A stretch of DNA of 64,000 nucleotides, from the NCBI GenBank assembly GCA_964401295.1, contig CAYNXX010000001.1, positions 137,076-201,075 on the forward strand, in the 5' to 3' direction. A program made the position numbers and the translations under genes. The stretch comes from an uncultured Candidatus Saccharibacteria bacterium (lineage in GTDB: Bacteria > Patescibacteriota > Minisyncoccia > Minisyncoccales > CAYJUL01). Shown here one piece after another: positions 38,026-47,482 of this stretch (the first letter of the stretch is position 1; every line of letters starts with the position of its first letter). Below the pieces are notes generated by a model. It worked only from the letters and a program-made list of their open reading frames with translations, searched no databases and was not told the DNA's origin.

Positions 38026-39270
38026 TTAAAATAATGATTTTTGCGATAGGGTTTGTTCTTCTTCGTCCGCGGAAATTTTTATTTTGCCGTATACGCCGTC
38101 GTAACCTGGCTCAATTGAGATCTTGCCTTCTCGGACCGCCATAATTCCTTCTGCGATTTGTGGAATAGTTGCGGAGCGCAACTGATCTACCGCGGCATCA
38201 ACCAAAATATTAAACTCGTTGCCTGCGGATTTAATTAATTTTTGGTATTCAATTTCAACCTGCTTTGATGCGATCCCGAGGCCCATTGCATCGGCAATTA
38301 TTTCTTCCAGCGGCACCAAACTTTTAAAAGGAATCGCATTGGGAGGTTGAAACCCCGCTGGTCGATCGGCTAATTCTTCAACGCGGTTTAAAACTCCGAT
38401 GGTTAGAGGCCTTTTGCATTTTGGACAAATATTTTTGTATTTCTTAGATCCTTCTGGGGCTAGGCTAATATTACAGAGGCGATGGCCATCGTAATGATAT
38501 TTTCCTTCTTCGGGGAAAAATTCAATAGTGTATAAAAATTTTGGCGAATGCTTCTCCTTTATAGCGTTGGTTATATCGGCATAGTTCAATTCGGCGTCAA
38601 ATACATTAGCTTCCCTGCCGATACGCCGAGCTGAATGGGAATCGCTATTGGAAATAAGAGTAATGTCGTCCAGCTGCGATAGACGCCAGTTCATAGCCGG
38701 ATCGGAGGAAAGACCAGTCTCAATAGCGTATATATATTTTGAATATTCATCAAAACAATCTTCAATAGAATCAAATCCGGATTTGGAACCGAAAACGCTA
38801 AACCAAGGCGTCCAAGCATGGCATGGAACAACCATGCACCGTTCATCCGCACCAAGGACTATTTTTAATGCTTCCTTGGCATCAAGTCCCAAAATTGGCC
38901 GGCCATCCGCTCTTATATTCCCCATCCAGCCAAGCTGCGTATTTATTTTTTCCGCCGCATCAAATGATGGGGCAAAGATTAATAAGTGAATCTTACGAAC
39001 TCTATCTTTTTTGGAATATATGCAGCTGATTTCAACGGTTAAAATAAAACGCGTCTCCGACGCTGAATTTTTTAGCTTAAAGAGACCTGCCTCCGCGGGC
39101 TCCAATTTTTCTTTTAATTCTTGGAGCCATTCCGGATGCGTAAAATCTCCCGTGCCGAGAACTGTTATTCCCTTTATGCGCGCCCATTTATCCAATTCTT
39201 CCGTATTCATATCCTTACTCGTCGCCCGAGAATACCTTGAATGGATATGAAAATCGGCGATAATTCTCAT
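38026..39270 (-). CDS. PHP-domain protein with C-terminal Cys4 zinc ribbon, endonuclease Q (EndoQ)-like; ORF open to 39345
   Basis: N-terminal ADFHIHSRYSRA (PHP His cluster). C-terminal CPKCKRPLTIGVLNRVEEL zinc ribbon. Size (~415-439 aa) and architecture match archaeal/bacterial EndoQ. Confidence 0.45.
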   Translation of the reverse strand: MRIIADFHIHSRYSRATSKDMNTEELDKWARIKGITVLGTGDFTHPEWLQELKEKLEPAEAGLFKLKNSASETRFILTVEISCIYSKKDRVRKIHLLIFAPSFDAAEKINTQLGWMGNIRADGRPILGLDAKEALKIVLGADERCMVVPCHAWTPWFSVFGSKSGFDSIEDCFDEYSKYIYAIETGLSSDPAMNWRLSQLDDITLISNSDSHSARRIGREANVFDAELNYADITNAIKEKHSPKFLYTIEFFPEEGKYHYDGHRLCNISLAPEGSKKYKNICPKCKRPLTIGVLNRVEELADRPAGFQPPNAIPFKSLVPLEEIIADAMGLGIASKQVEIEYQKLIKSAGNEFNILVDAAVDQLRSATIPQIAEGIMAVREGKISIEPGYDGVYGKIKISADEEEQTLSQKSLF

Positions 39271-39614
39271 TATTTCAAAAGTTTCGTCCCAATGCCGGCT
39301 ATCTGTCCTCCGCCAATAAGCACCAATCCGGCAAATATTGACCAAGCTGTAAGGTTAAAAAATTTAATCGAGGAATCCATTGGTAAAATCTGTTTGAGTT
39401 GTTCCTGTAAAACACTTGAAACGGCCTCCTGTGTTAATTCCTGGACATTTTTAGGTTCGGATGCTGATTTTTGCGCATTTGGTGTTTTAAAGGTAAAAAT
39501 CTGCGGAGGATTTTTTTGCGCGGTGAATATTTGAAAACTTGCATAAAGCACCCAGGCAATGATTAATATTCCCGCTATGACCAAAAACCAGCCGATAATT
39601 CTTTTTATATCCAT
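39270..39614 (-). CDS. Small membrane protein (N-terminal TM; likely start MDIKRII)
   Basis: Its stop abuts the start of the downstream EndoQ-like gene. One to two TM helices. Confidence 0.35.
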   Translation of the reverse strand: MDIKRIIGWFLVIAGILIIAWVLYASFQIFTAQKNPPQIFTFKTPNAQKSASEPKNVQELTQEAVSSVLQEQLKQILPMDSSIKFFNLTAWSIFAGLVLIGGGQIAGIGTKLLK

Positions 39615-39924
39615 AAACGGCCGTAGATTTCGTTTAAAGTTTTGGCAGAGTCGCAAGTAGCGATCCAACCGCCAAAGCCATAACGAAAAGAATGAAGAGC
39701 CAATCAAATTTGCTCATAGGCCTTGTATCTTCTGTTCTTTTAACGTCTTGCGCCATTTTCTAATAATACAGAAATCGACAAGAAGATGTCAACCCTTTAT
39801 GGTCCCAACGTGCTCGTTTGTATCGTAGATGCCGTAAAACAATGCGCCATTAGCGGAGCCCTTCATGGATTGTGGCATGCCAATTACCAGCCACATTAGA
39901 CGGACTCTGGTGACTAATACAAAA

Positions 39925-40209
39925 CTAATTCGTGCTAAAAACTTCGTACCTTCCAGAAACCTTTTGCCATTTAATTTCAACCTTGGAAACTTTTGCGGTT
40001 ATCGGTCCCCTTTTACACCACACAATAAATTTTTCCAGCTCGTTTTTGGGACCTTCGGCTAAAATCGTCACAGATCCATCTTGTTCATTTTTAGCCCAAC
40101 CGACAAGACCAAAAAAATCCGCTACTTTTTTCGCATTTTCGCGAAAAAATACCCCCTGAACTCGTCCATAAATTTTTATAATTGCGCATTTTTTATTTTC
40201 CGTTTCCAT
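39925..40209 (-). CDS. acyP: Acylphosphatase
   Basis: The motif VQGVFFR and the following GWAKN are classic acylphosphatase signatures. Confidence 0.85.
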   Translation of the reverse strand: METENKKCAIIKIYGRVQGVFFRENAKKVADFFGLVGWAKNEQDGSVTILAEGPKNELEKFIVWCKRGPITAKVSKVEIKWQKVSGRYEVFSTN

Positions 40210-40256
40210 GATAAATTTTGGCTTAAACCTATTTTTATTTGATGCCAGCCGGCTTT

Positions 40257-41396
40257 TTAAATATAATAGTAAAAAATGTAGATTATAGCCCCAGCAATCA
40301 ATAGAGATGTCAAACCGTAAAGTAAGGGGGAAGGCACGGTTAAAGAATATTCAGGCGTCCTATCGCCCATTTTTTTTGCTTTCTGGAAAATTAAAATAAC
40401 GGCTATGCTTTCCACGGCAACCACAAGCGCGCCCAGCAAACCGACCAAGGAAATAAAACTACGGAGGCCAGCCAGATAAAAGACAAGCGGCAGTGCCGTT
40501 ACAATAAAAGATGCCAGCGGTTTTGACAGTTTATAGTCATAAACCAGGATGTTTTTCAAATAGATGCCGATTATCAAAAACGAATCGGCTATTGTTATAA
40601 CCGCCGCTAAAAGTCCTATAAAAATAATTTTAAAACCGAATATTTTAGTCAGTCCGGCAAGAGCGTCCTGCGTTGTGCCCTTTCCCGAAATCCCGACAAT
40701 CGCCGCAGAGAATAAAAGATAAATCAGAAAAATTATAATAAAAGATAAAATTATTGCCTTTTTATAGCTTAATAATTCTTCGTCTGTTTTTAATATTTCT
40801 CCAACTTCCGGAATTGCCGCAAGGCCGGAAAAAGCGAAAAGAATAACACCGTACGGCAAAATCAGATTTGATGCGTTATATAAAATAAAATTTTGAAGAG
40901 AAATCTGTGGTATTGCAAATAAAAATATTGCGACAACAATAATCAAAAACGCCGCATTTGAAAATAATTCCAGCGGAGCTACAATTTTGATGCCAATAAA
41001 AATAAGCAGGCTTAAAACCAGCCAAAAAATTAAACCAAGATAAAAAGAACCGATGGCTGTCCAGGGCGTAATTAAAATATTCAAAAAATCTCCGGCCAAA
41101 ATTATATAAGCAAGCAGGGTGCCCCCACCTAAAAAACTTGAAATTGTAATCAAACTCTTACCCCAGCGGCCTATATATTTCTCGGCGTAACCAACCAAGC
41201 GGTGTGTATCTTTTGTGCGTAAAATGATTTCTCCAAATAGCAAATTCAGCAAGAGCGTTACTCCTCCCAAAATCAAAAAATAAAAAAGCGCCGGAATGAT
41301 GCCGCTTTTTGAAACGACATAAGGCAGACCGAAAATCCCGGCTCCAATCGTCATGCCGACGATTATTGATACGGCGAATAATAAATTCTTGGCCAT
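40257..41396 (-). CDS. Amino acid permease-like transporter (aromatic/hydroxy amino acid permease family-like, ~11 TM)
   Basis: The N-terminus reads GAGIFGLPYVV. A multi-TM profile follows. Confidence 0.55.
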   Translation of the reverse strand: MAKNLLFAVSIIVGMTIGAGIFGLPYVVSKSGIIPALFYFLILGGVTLLLNLLFGEIILRTKDTHRLVGYAEKYIGRWGKSLITISSFLGGGTLLAYIILAGDFLNILITPWTAIGSFYLGLIFWLVLSLLIFIGIKIVAPLELFSNAAFLIIVVAIFLFAIPQISLQNFILYNASNLILPYGVILFAFSGLAAIPEVGEILKTDEELLSYKKAIILSFIIIFLIYLLFSAAIVGISGKGTTQDALAGLTKIFGFKIIFIGLLAAVITIADSFLIIGIYLKNILVYDYKLSKPLASFIVTALPLVFYLAGLRSFISLVGLLGALVVAVESIAVILIFQKAKKMGDRTPEYSLTVPSPLLYGLTSLLIAGAIIYIFYYYI

Positions 41397-41402
41397 CGGA
41401 AC

Positions 41403-41894
41403 TCAAGCATCATGTTTTGCGATTCCAAAAATCTTTTTTTCAAATCTGCGGAACAAAAACAAAATTAAAAGTGAGAGCACTGAAGAAAAAGTTGCAATGG
41501 TATAAAAACCTAATCCGACTGCCGCGCCCACGCCAGCTGTAACCCATAATCCAGCAGCGGTTGTTAAACCCTCAACATGCTCCTGCCTGAAAATTATCAG
41601 ACCCGAACCTAAAAATCCTATACCCAAAACTATCTGACCAATGACGCGCGAGGGATCAAAACCAGAACGCGAATAATCTAGACCAAGTCCTCCGGCTTCG
41701 CGCACAAACGATTGCAAAGATTGAAATCCGATGATTGTAAATAGCGCCGAACCGAGGCAGACAAGCATGTACGTTCTTAGACCGGCTTCTTTTTTCTTCC
41801 ATTCCCTTTCTAAGCCTACAACTCCCCCCAAGATCATTGCTAAGATCAGTTGAAACATCGTTTGCAATTGAGGATTGGCTGTCAAATAACTCAT
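41403..41894 (-). CDS. MgtC/SapB family membrane protein
   Basis: The MgtC N-terminal pattern LILAMILGGVVGLEREWKKKEAGLRT is present. Confidence 0.8.
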   Translation of the reverse strand: MSYLTANPQLQTMFQLILAMILGGVVGLEREWKKKEAGLRTYMLVCLGSALFTIIGFQSLQSFVREAGGLGLDYSRSGFDPSRVIGQIVLGIGFLGSGLIIFRQEHVEGLTTAAGLWVTAGVGAAVGLGFYTIATFSSVLSLLILFLFRRFEKKIFGIAKHDA

Positions 41895-41958
41895 ATAAAA
41901 ATAAAAATTAATACCAAAATCCGGATGCCAGATTCATGATATTTTTGTGCCGTGCAAT

Positions 41959-42219
41959 TTATACTTTGTAAACCCTGTAGTCCGGTCTGACTTTTTGATC
42001 AACCTTAAGGCCGATGGATTCTCCGGGCTTGGCCGATTCCACTTTCTTGTGATCCACTTCCATGGACTCAATGGTTTGTATAAAATCGGTTTCGCCGCCC
42101 ACTAGACGTATGCGCTCGCCAACGTTCAGTTTTTTTGAAAGCTCCAAAACTGCCACGCCGATGTTCGCAAAATAATGTGTTACTTTGCCAATTAATTCTC
42201 CTTGTATTTCTTCCGGCAT
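41959..42219 (-). CDS. Hypothetical small protein (86 aa)
   Basis: ORF only. It is slightly GC-richer than the host and may belong to the islet. Confidence 0.3.
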   Translation of the reverse strand: MPEEIQGELIGKVTHYFANIGVAVLELSKKLNVGERIRLVGGETDFIQTIESMEVDHKKVESAKPGESIGLKVDQKVRPDYRVYKV

Positions 42220-42292
42220 GATAAATAAATTACTTATTATACGACCTTTAACTGATTTTTATTATATCATCTTTGAAATAATTAAAAAGGAG

Positions 42293-42544
42293 CTAGTCGC
42301 TCCTTCTGCCATTCTTTGATTTGAATATTGCATACGCAATATTTAGCGTAGCTTTGTAGTCTTCTTTAGAAAGGCGCAGCTGCTCTTGATGGTACAGTCT
42401 CGCACCATCTTCTCGTACGGCGCCGCACTTTACTATTCTACCATTCCTCTCTATAAACGAGATGGATAGCGGGGGTATCGAAATAACCACCATCTGAACT
42501 TTTTGATTTATTCTTTCAACGCGGGTAACTTTAATCTGCGACAA
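42293..42544 (-). CDS. Hypothetical small protein (83 aa)
   Basis: ORF only. An SD-like ggagg lies upstream. Confidence 0.3.
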   Translation of the reverse strand: MSQIKVTRVERINQKVQMVVISIPPLSISFIERNGRIVKCGAVREDGARLYHQEQLRLSKEDYKATLNIAYAIFKSKNGRRSD

Positions 42545-42867
42545 CTCTGCCTCCTTTCATTATTTGCTAACTGCCACGAAATGGCATGGCAGATCGAAAT
42601 CCTCCGCGGGGCTATGAAAACATGCTTGCCCAGGGCGTTTGGGTCGGAAAATTCTTTGACAAGATATTTGCGTCATGCCAGTTATAATTCCTCAGACCGC
42701 CGAAGCTGACGGTGATTCGACCATAGTCAACAGCAACAAAAAACATTTTGTACCTCTTTTTTAAGCTACAACCTGTTAAATATACCAGATTTTATCTTGA
42801 AAGTCAAGAATAAAGACCTGTGCGACGCGCTGGGCTTAAAATATGGCGCAGAATGCTTGAAATAATT

Positions 42868-42901
42868 CGAATGCATTTCGCCGCCGCAAACGGCGGCGAA
42901 A
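42868..42901 (-). repeat. Motif m2: inverted copy of m1 (hairpin cgccgcCGTTTGCggcggcg plus tail aaatgcattcgaattatttcaag)
   Basis: The reverse complement aligns to 3783-3816. It is adjacent to the P4 terminator hairpin at ~42907-42935 (GCGGAAG...CUUCCGC + UUUUU on the minus strand). Confidence 0.6.
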
Positions 42902-42946
42902 CAGAAAAAGCGGAAGTCGAACGGCTTCCGCTAGTCTATAGCAGGG

Positions 42947-43639
42947 TTATTTCTTCTTAACGACCATCTGAAAATCCAGCAAGTCTTTCCCAAGCGTAGC
43001 ATCATTGCGCTTGAGCATGATTTCTTGATAGCCTATCAACTTTCCTGTTTCGTCAACTACCTCCACTAGTCGTGTGTAGTATGGAGCATTATAGCAATCA
43101 CCGCTTTTAAGAATCTGTTCTGCCTCGTAAGCAGTATTGACTCGCCGTTTGTACTCGTCCTTGATATCCTCAAAGACGCCACTAACGCCGATTTCAAGAT
43201 ATTCGGTTTTGTACGAGGCTGAGGTCAATGCCTCAACGGTAAAGTCATACAACCAATAGCGCAATTCTTGCGCCCAATCGCCATTCGCAACTTTCAATTG
43301 AGGAACGCGCTGAATTAATCGGGTAAAGGCATAATTGAACTCCCCGACATACGCTCCCTCATAGTTATACTTAGCACCGACTTCGTAAATTGCTTTTGCA
43401 AGATTCGCTTCACTTGAATCGGCCTCAGATCCCCTAACGACAAAACGAAGACATTGCGCAACTTTGAGGAAAACAGATTTGTAAAATGGAATGGGTGATG
43501 AGCTGCTGTCTATAATGATGGAGTGAAGATGTTGCGCAACTTTGAGGAAAACAGATTTGTAAACCTTAAGGAGCGATAGATTGCTATTTACCCTCGCTAC
43601 AATATCGGCCACAAGCCGCTCTACTGCGGCATCAAGCAC
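42947..43639 (-). CDS. Hypothetical protein P4 (230 aa) with an internal in-frame 81-nt tandem duplication (KSVFLKVAQ..., twice); GC-rich islet cargo
   Basis: The 32-nt strings at 43455-43487 and 43536-43568 are nearly identical. No recognisable domain was found. The start is GTG, with an AGGAGG ~59 nt upstream. Confidence 0.45.
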   Translation of the reverse strand: MLDAAVERLVADIVARVNSNLSLLKVYKSVFLKVAQHLHSIIIDSSSSPIPFYKSVFLKVAQCLRFVVRGSEADSSEANLAKAIYEVGAKYNYEGAYVGEFNYAFTRLIQRVPQLKVANGDWAQELRYWLYDFTVEALTSASYKTEYLEIGVSGVFEDIKDEYKRRVNTAYEAEQILKSGDCYNAPYYTRLVEVVDETGKLIGYQEIMLKRNDATLGKDLLDFQMVVKKK

Positions 43640-44010
43640 TTCGCGATCCGTAGACTTGCCATCAGTCTTTTTGCTTGGTACGTATGGCGTGTTGATAACC
43701 TCCTATTTTAAAGTAGCTATTTGCTAATTGCAAGTTAGCAAAGTGAATTAAGTATATCAATGGGTCGATGGGGTGGGTATAGTATTAAATAAAATTATAA
43801 AAAACTCTTTCGCAAAATGAGACAGCCAGCTGTTTTTTCACCCAAACTACCTTATGATTTAGTTGCCGAGGGACGGCGCGGGAAAGATGGATCGGGGAAG
43901 AATGCCCGTGCCGTCTCGCTTCCGAAAGTTTACGCTGACGGTTGCGAAAACAAATATAAGTAAAGAGTGATGAAAGGATTTGTTTTCACGATGATTATCC
44001 TTTGATATTT

Positions 44011-44060
44011 TAAGAAAATAGAAAGCGCCTTGCGGGTTAATTCGTTCTTCGCGAATTCCG
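44011..44060 (-). terminator. Long nested hairpin (AGCGCCUUGCGG...CCGCAAGGCGCU, 12-bp stem) followed by a U-rich tract on the minus strand; terminator of the HAD pseudogene
   Basis: The inverted repeat was read directly from the sequence. The T-rich run follows on the minus strand. Confidence 0.5.
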
Positions 44061-44098
44061 CAAGGCGCTTGTAGACGAAGCGAAGTTCATCATCATTG

Positions 44099-44800
44099 CT
44101 AGCTGAGGTTCTTGATCGGGGTGGAAACATCGATCTCTCGCCAGTCGAAAAAGATGCGACAAATGCCCGCATCAACTAGCGCGCCTATTGTGATGCCACG
44201 AATCACAACCGGCATCCCAATAGCCTTGGAACCAGCGGCGAGCGCGGCTTTCACGCCCGGTGGCGAATCCTCGAAAACAAGCTGCTCATGGGGATCAATC
44301 TCCATAATTGAGGCAGTTTTCAAGAACACATCCGGCGCCGGTTTTGGGTTCGCGACGTGCTCACGGAGCACAATGTTGCGCTGACCAAAAAGTACCATGA
44401 GACCAGATCGCTCAAGAAGCGTTATCGCGTACTTCTTAGGCGTGAGCGATCCGATTGCGAACTTAAGGCCAAGATTACGCACCTCTCTGAAGAAATCTAA
44501 GAATCCGACGCGGGGCTCGATTGGCATCTCCGCAAGTAGACGTTCGTAGTGAAATTTGTTGCGAGCCAAGATGTCATCGACAGATAAACGATTGCGTGTG
44601 TCGGGATCCAAAAGATCCCGGATATCCTCGCATACCTTTTCGTCAGGTCCACCGATGAAGTGAGGAAGCTTGCTATAGGCTTCGTCGAGCGAGATCCTAA
44701 GTCCTAATTCGCTTGCGACGGCGAGATGTCCGTTATGGTGAGCGACCTCGACATCAACAACAGTGCCTTAGAGATCAAAGGCGATTCCACGAATAGGCAT
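44099..44800 (-). pseudogene. HAD-superfamily hydrolase (beta-phosphoglucomutase-like) interrupted by an in-frame TAA inside the catalytic DxDGT motif (MPIRGIAFDL*GTVVD)
   Basis: The ATG at 44800 gives MPIRGIAFDL, then TAA at 44768-44770. The same frame then continues GTVVD...DSPPGVKAALAAG to 44099. Motifs II-IV are intact. Confidence 0.7.
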
Positions 44801-45084
44801 TACCCATCTCCTTCTTTCTGGATTTTAACTGTCAAGGAACGATCATATAATAACAGAGTTGAATTTAAATGTAAATAGTTAACAAAACAGAGTCCGTAAG
44901 AAATTCTGCGATAAAATCATATGAAATTTTTCTTATCAGTTCTAAAAACCGTCGGCGCAAACTTTTGGGGGCAACGACAGTGCGGGAATTTGCCTCCCCT
45001 CGCCCCCTGTCTTTCCCACCAGAGCGGTTTGGGATTTTACGAAATGCCGCATCAAAAAAGGTTCGCGCGAAATGTATAATTACA

Positions 45085-45156
45085 GCACCAAAACTAACTT
45101 TGTCGGAATTGACTGCTCCGCTTTTGTTTTTGCCGTAAAATCCCAGAGTTCGCCCC
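45085..45156 (+). repeat. Left terminal inverted repeat (copy B, 72 nt) of the recombinase module
   Basis: Nucleotides 1-36 are identical to the reverse complement of 46673-46708. Nucleotides 37-72 match the reverse complement of 46591-46626 with one mismatch. Confidence 0.9.
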
Positions 45157-45165
45157 AATAACCAT

Positions 45166-46769
45166 ATGAAAGAGCTCAAACCAAAAACTCAATGCATTCT
45201 CTATGCTCGGAAATCAACCGAGGAGGATGATAAGCAAGTGATGAGCATAGAAGCTCAACTGTTTGAATTGCGCGAATTTGCCGAGCGAGAACGCATTGAG
45301 ATAATCCGTGAGTTCACGGAAGCGGAAAGCGCAAAGAAACCCGGACGAGAGGAATTTGCCAAAATGCTTTCCTTAATTGAAATAAGCAAAAAGCCGCTCG
45401 GCATTTTGGCATGGCACCCCGATCGTCTCGCCCGCAATAGCGTGGACGGCGGCAGAATCATTTATCTCGTGGACACCGGAGCTATTGCTTCTTTGCGCTT
45501 TCCGCAATTTTGGTTTGAGCCAACTCCGCAAGGGAAATTCATGTTGCAAGTGGCGTTCGGGCAATCAAAGTATTTCTCGGATAACTTGGTTGAAAATGTG
45601 AAGCGCGGTATCCGCCAAAAACTCAGCCGCGGCGAATGGCTGACGCTCGCTCCTTTGGGATATGTGAACAACTACAAAATACGGAACATTGACCCGCACC
45701 CTACTTACGCAAAAGTCATCAAGCGAGCGTTTGAAGAGTACGCCACGGGAAAATATACGCTCGTCGGTTTAGCGGAGTTTTTAGCGGGGCATGGCGTTGT
45801 TCAGAAAAAAGGAACGCCACTTGCAAAAGTTTCCGTCGTGAAAATGCTTACTAACCGAGCATATCTAGGATTTGTAAAATTTCATGGCGAATACCACGAC
45901 GGAAACTTTGAGCCGATTCTTTCCCCGACACTGTTTGAAGCAGTACAGAAAGTATTGAAAAGCAAGCAAAGACCGCGCAAACAGAAAGAGCGATACGATT
46001 TCCCTTTTACGCAGTTTGCGCGGTGCGGCGAGTGCGGAAATATGATTACGGCGCAGTATGCCACCAATCGCTGGGGCACGCGCTATACTTACTACCGTTG
46101 CACCAAGAAAAGCGGGCATTGTAGCCAGCCGTATCTTTCCGCCGATACGCTCGCCGCCCAAGCGCAAACCCTGTTTCAATCAGTGTCGCTTCCTCTCGCG
46201 GAAATTGAGGTTATGGAAAAGCAGATTGACACACGGGAGAAAGAAGAAATTTCCGCGAGAGGAGATGTTGCCCAAAATCTTAAAGCAAAACTCAAGAGGC
46301 GCAGGAGAAGCTAGGCCGGCTTGTCTCGCTCTATTTGGACGACGACATCGAACGAGAACTCTATCTCACAAAGAAAGACGCGCTCCTTCGCCAAAAAGCC
46401 AAGCTGGAAGAAAGTTTGGGAGATTTTGGGCAACAGGGAAAGAATCAGCTCGAACCCTTGCGGAGTTTCGTTTTGTCCTTGAGAGAAGCGGAAAAAGTGG
46501 CGCAAACAAAAAATCACGCCGACTGGCGCAACTTTTTCCGTTCGCTCGGCTCTAACCCCGAGATCAAGGATAAAACGCTTTCAATCAACTGGGGCGAACT
46601 CTGGGATTTTACGGCGAAAACAAAAGCGGATTTTGCCCTGCGGAGCGAGCCGTCCGCCGCGCGGACGGCGAGCGGAGCAGTCAATTCCGACAAAGTTAGT
46701 TTTGGTGCGCCTACGAGGATTCGAACCCCGATCTCGAGCTCCGGAAGCTCGTGTTCTATCCATTAAACT
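45166..46769 (+). pseudogene. Large serine recombinase (resolvase/invertase N-domain, recombinase domain, zinc ribbon, coiled-coil) with a -1 frameshift near 46294-46296
   Basis: The N-terminus reads CILYARKSTEEDDKQ...SIEAQ, containing the catalytic Ser. The C4 zinc ribbon reads CGECGNMITAQY...YYRCTKK. Frame 1 ends ...KAKLKRRRRS* at 46314. The coiled-coil continues in frame 0 (..KEAQEKLGRLVSLYLDDDIERELYL...). Restoring one A in 'ctcaagag' joins the two. Combined length is ~534 aa. Confidence 0.75.
46591..46708 (-). repeat. Right terminal inverted repeat (copy C) with a 46-nt GC-rich palindromic insertion (GCCGUCCG-CCGCG-CGGACGGC)
   Basis: See copy B. The outer end begins at the GCACCA 3' end of tRNA-Arg. 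Confidence 0.9.
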
Positions 46770-46777
46770 ATGGGCGC
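46703..46777 (-). tRNA. tRNA-Arg (anticodon CCG), CCA encoded
   Basis: The reverse complement is GCGCCCAUAGUUUAAUGGAUAGAACACGAGCUUCCGGAGCUCGAGAUCGGGGUUCGAAUCCUCGUAGGCGCACCA. The fold is a cloverleaf with anticodon loop UUCCGGA and a T-loop UUCGAAU. There is one C:A mismatch in the acceptor stem. Confidence 0.8.
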
Positions 46778-46792
46778 AGGATAATTTTTATA

Positions 46793-47482
46793 TTATTTTT
46801 CAGCGACGAAATAAAAGTTTTGTCGGCTGCCGGTTTGGCTGCGGATTGTTCCGATTTGCCTCATTTTAAATCCGGCGCTCTTTGCCAACCAGTTTAATTC
46901 AATTTTTGTGAAGCAGTGATAATAACGATTTGTTTTATCTGACCAAGGTTCCCAGATGTCTCCAAAATCCAATTTTGAAAATCCAAATATTTTTAAAATC
47001 CCGAATTTAATTCTTAAATATATCTCCTTTAGCCAACAGAATTTCCAAACCGTAACAATTAAAAGCCCGCCGGATTTTAAAACTCTTTTCGCTTCCAGTA
47101 AAAATTGTTTTCTGAATTCATTTGATGGAATATGATGTAAAACCGCAATGCTGTAAATTTTATCAAACTGGTTCTCTGAAAATAGTAATTTTAAAGATTC
47201 GCTTGTTTTAAATTCGTATTCGGGATATTTTTTTTTAGCGATTTCGACCAATTTTTCTGAAGTATCTACGCCAATATAAGAAATTTTTCTATTTTTCAAA
47301 AATTCAATCAATCTTCCATTGCCGCAGCCCAAATCCAAAACATTGTCGCCCGGCAACGCATAATCCATAAGAGGTCCAAGTTCCAACCAAGGCTTTTCTC
47401 TTGTCCTTGAAAAATCTTCGGCAATCAGGTTATAATCCTCTCTGACCCTATTTAAAAGGTAGTCTGCGTAATTTTTATCCAT
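46793..47482 (-). CDS. Class I SAM-dependent methyltransferase (likely start MDKNYADYL)
   Basis: The SAM-binding motif reads VLDLGCGNGRL. The ORF is open to 47581. Confidence 0.75.
   Translation of the reverse strand: MDKNYADYLLNRVREDYNLIAEDFSRTREKPWLELGPLMDYALPGDNVLDLGCGNGRLIEFLKNRKISYIGVDTSEKLVEIAKKKYPEYEFKTSESLKLLFSENQFDKIYSIAVLHHIPSNEFRKQFLLEAKRVLKSGGLLIVTVWKFCWLKEIYLRIKFGILKIFGFSKLDFGDIWEPWSDKTNRYYHCFTKIELNWLAKSAGFKMRQIGTIRSQTGSRQNFYFVAEK

Larger units (their letters stand above)
45085..46708 (+). mobile_element. IS-like module: ~72-bp terminal inverted repeats flanking a single large serine recombinase gene, abutting the 3' end of tRNA-Arg
   Basis: The inverted repeats were read directly from the sequence (see repeat features). 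A 46-nt GC palindrome is inserted in the right repeat. The recombinase ORF extends into the right repeat. Confidence 0.6.

Noticed and set aside
3101-45084. Reading the 42-kb segment between direct repeat copies A and B as an excisable mobile element
   Set aside because: The segment consists almost entirely of core housekeeping genes (five aaRS, glmS, tsaD, smpB/ssrA, infC-rpmI-rplT). Excision would be lethal. The repeats are more plausibly element ends or recombination sites at two separate tRNA loci.
44865-45179. 104-aa minus-strand ORF upstream of the recombinase
   Set aside because: It reads straight through the left terminal inverted repeat. Its ...GAVNSDKVSFGA peptide is just the translated repeat. 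It has no expression signals. It is spurious.
46058-46555. 165-aa plus-strand ORF in an alternative frame inside the recombinase gene
   Set aside because: It is an Arg/Ala-rich low-complexity translation of GC-rich DNA in the wrong frame. It is superseded by the recombinase frames.
46591-46769. Recombinase C-terminus running into the inverted repeat and tRNA-Arg as a gene fusion artefact
   Set aside because: It was kept as part of the recombinase call because IS transposase or recombinase genes commonly extend into their terminal repeats. The last ~20 codons overlapping the tRNA may not be biologically meaningful.
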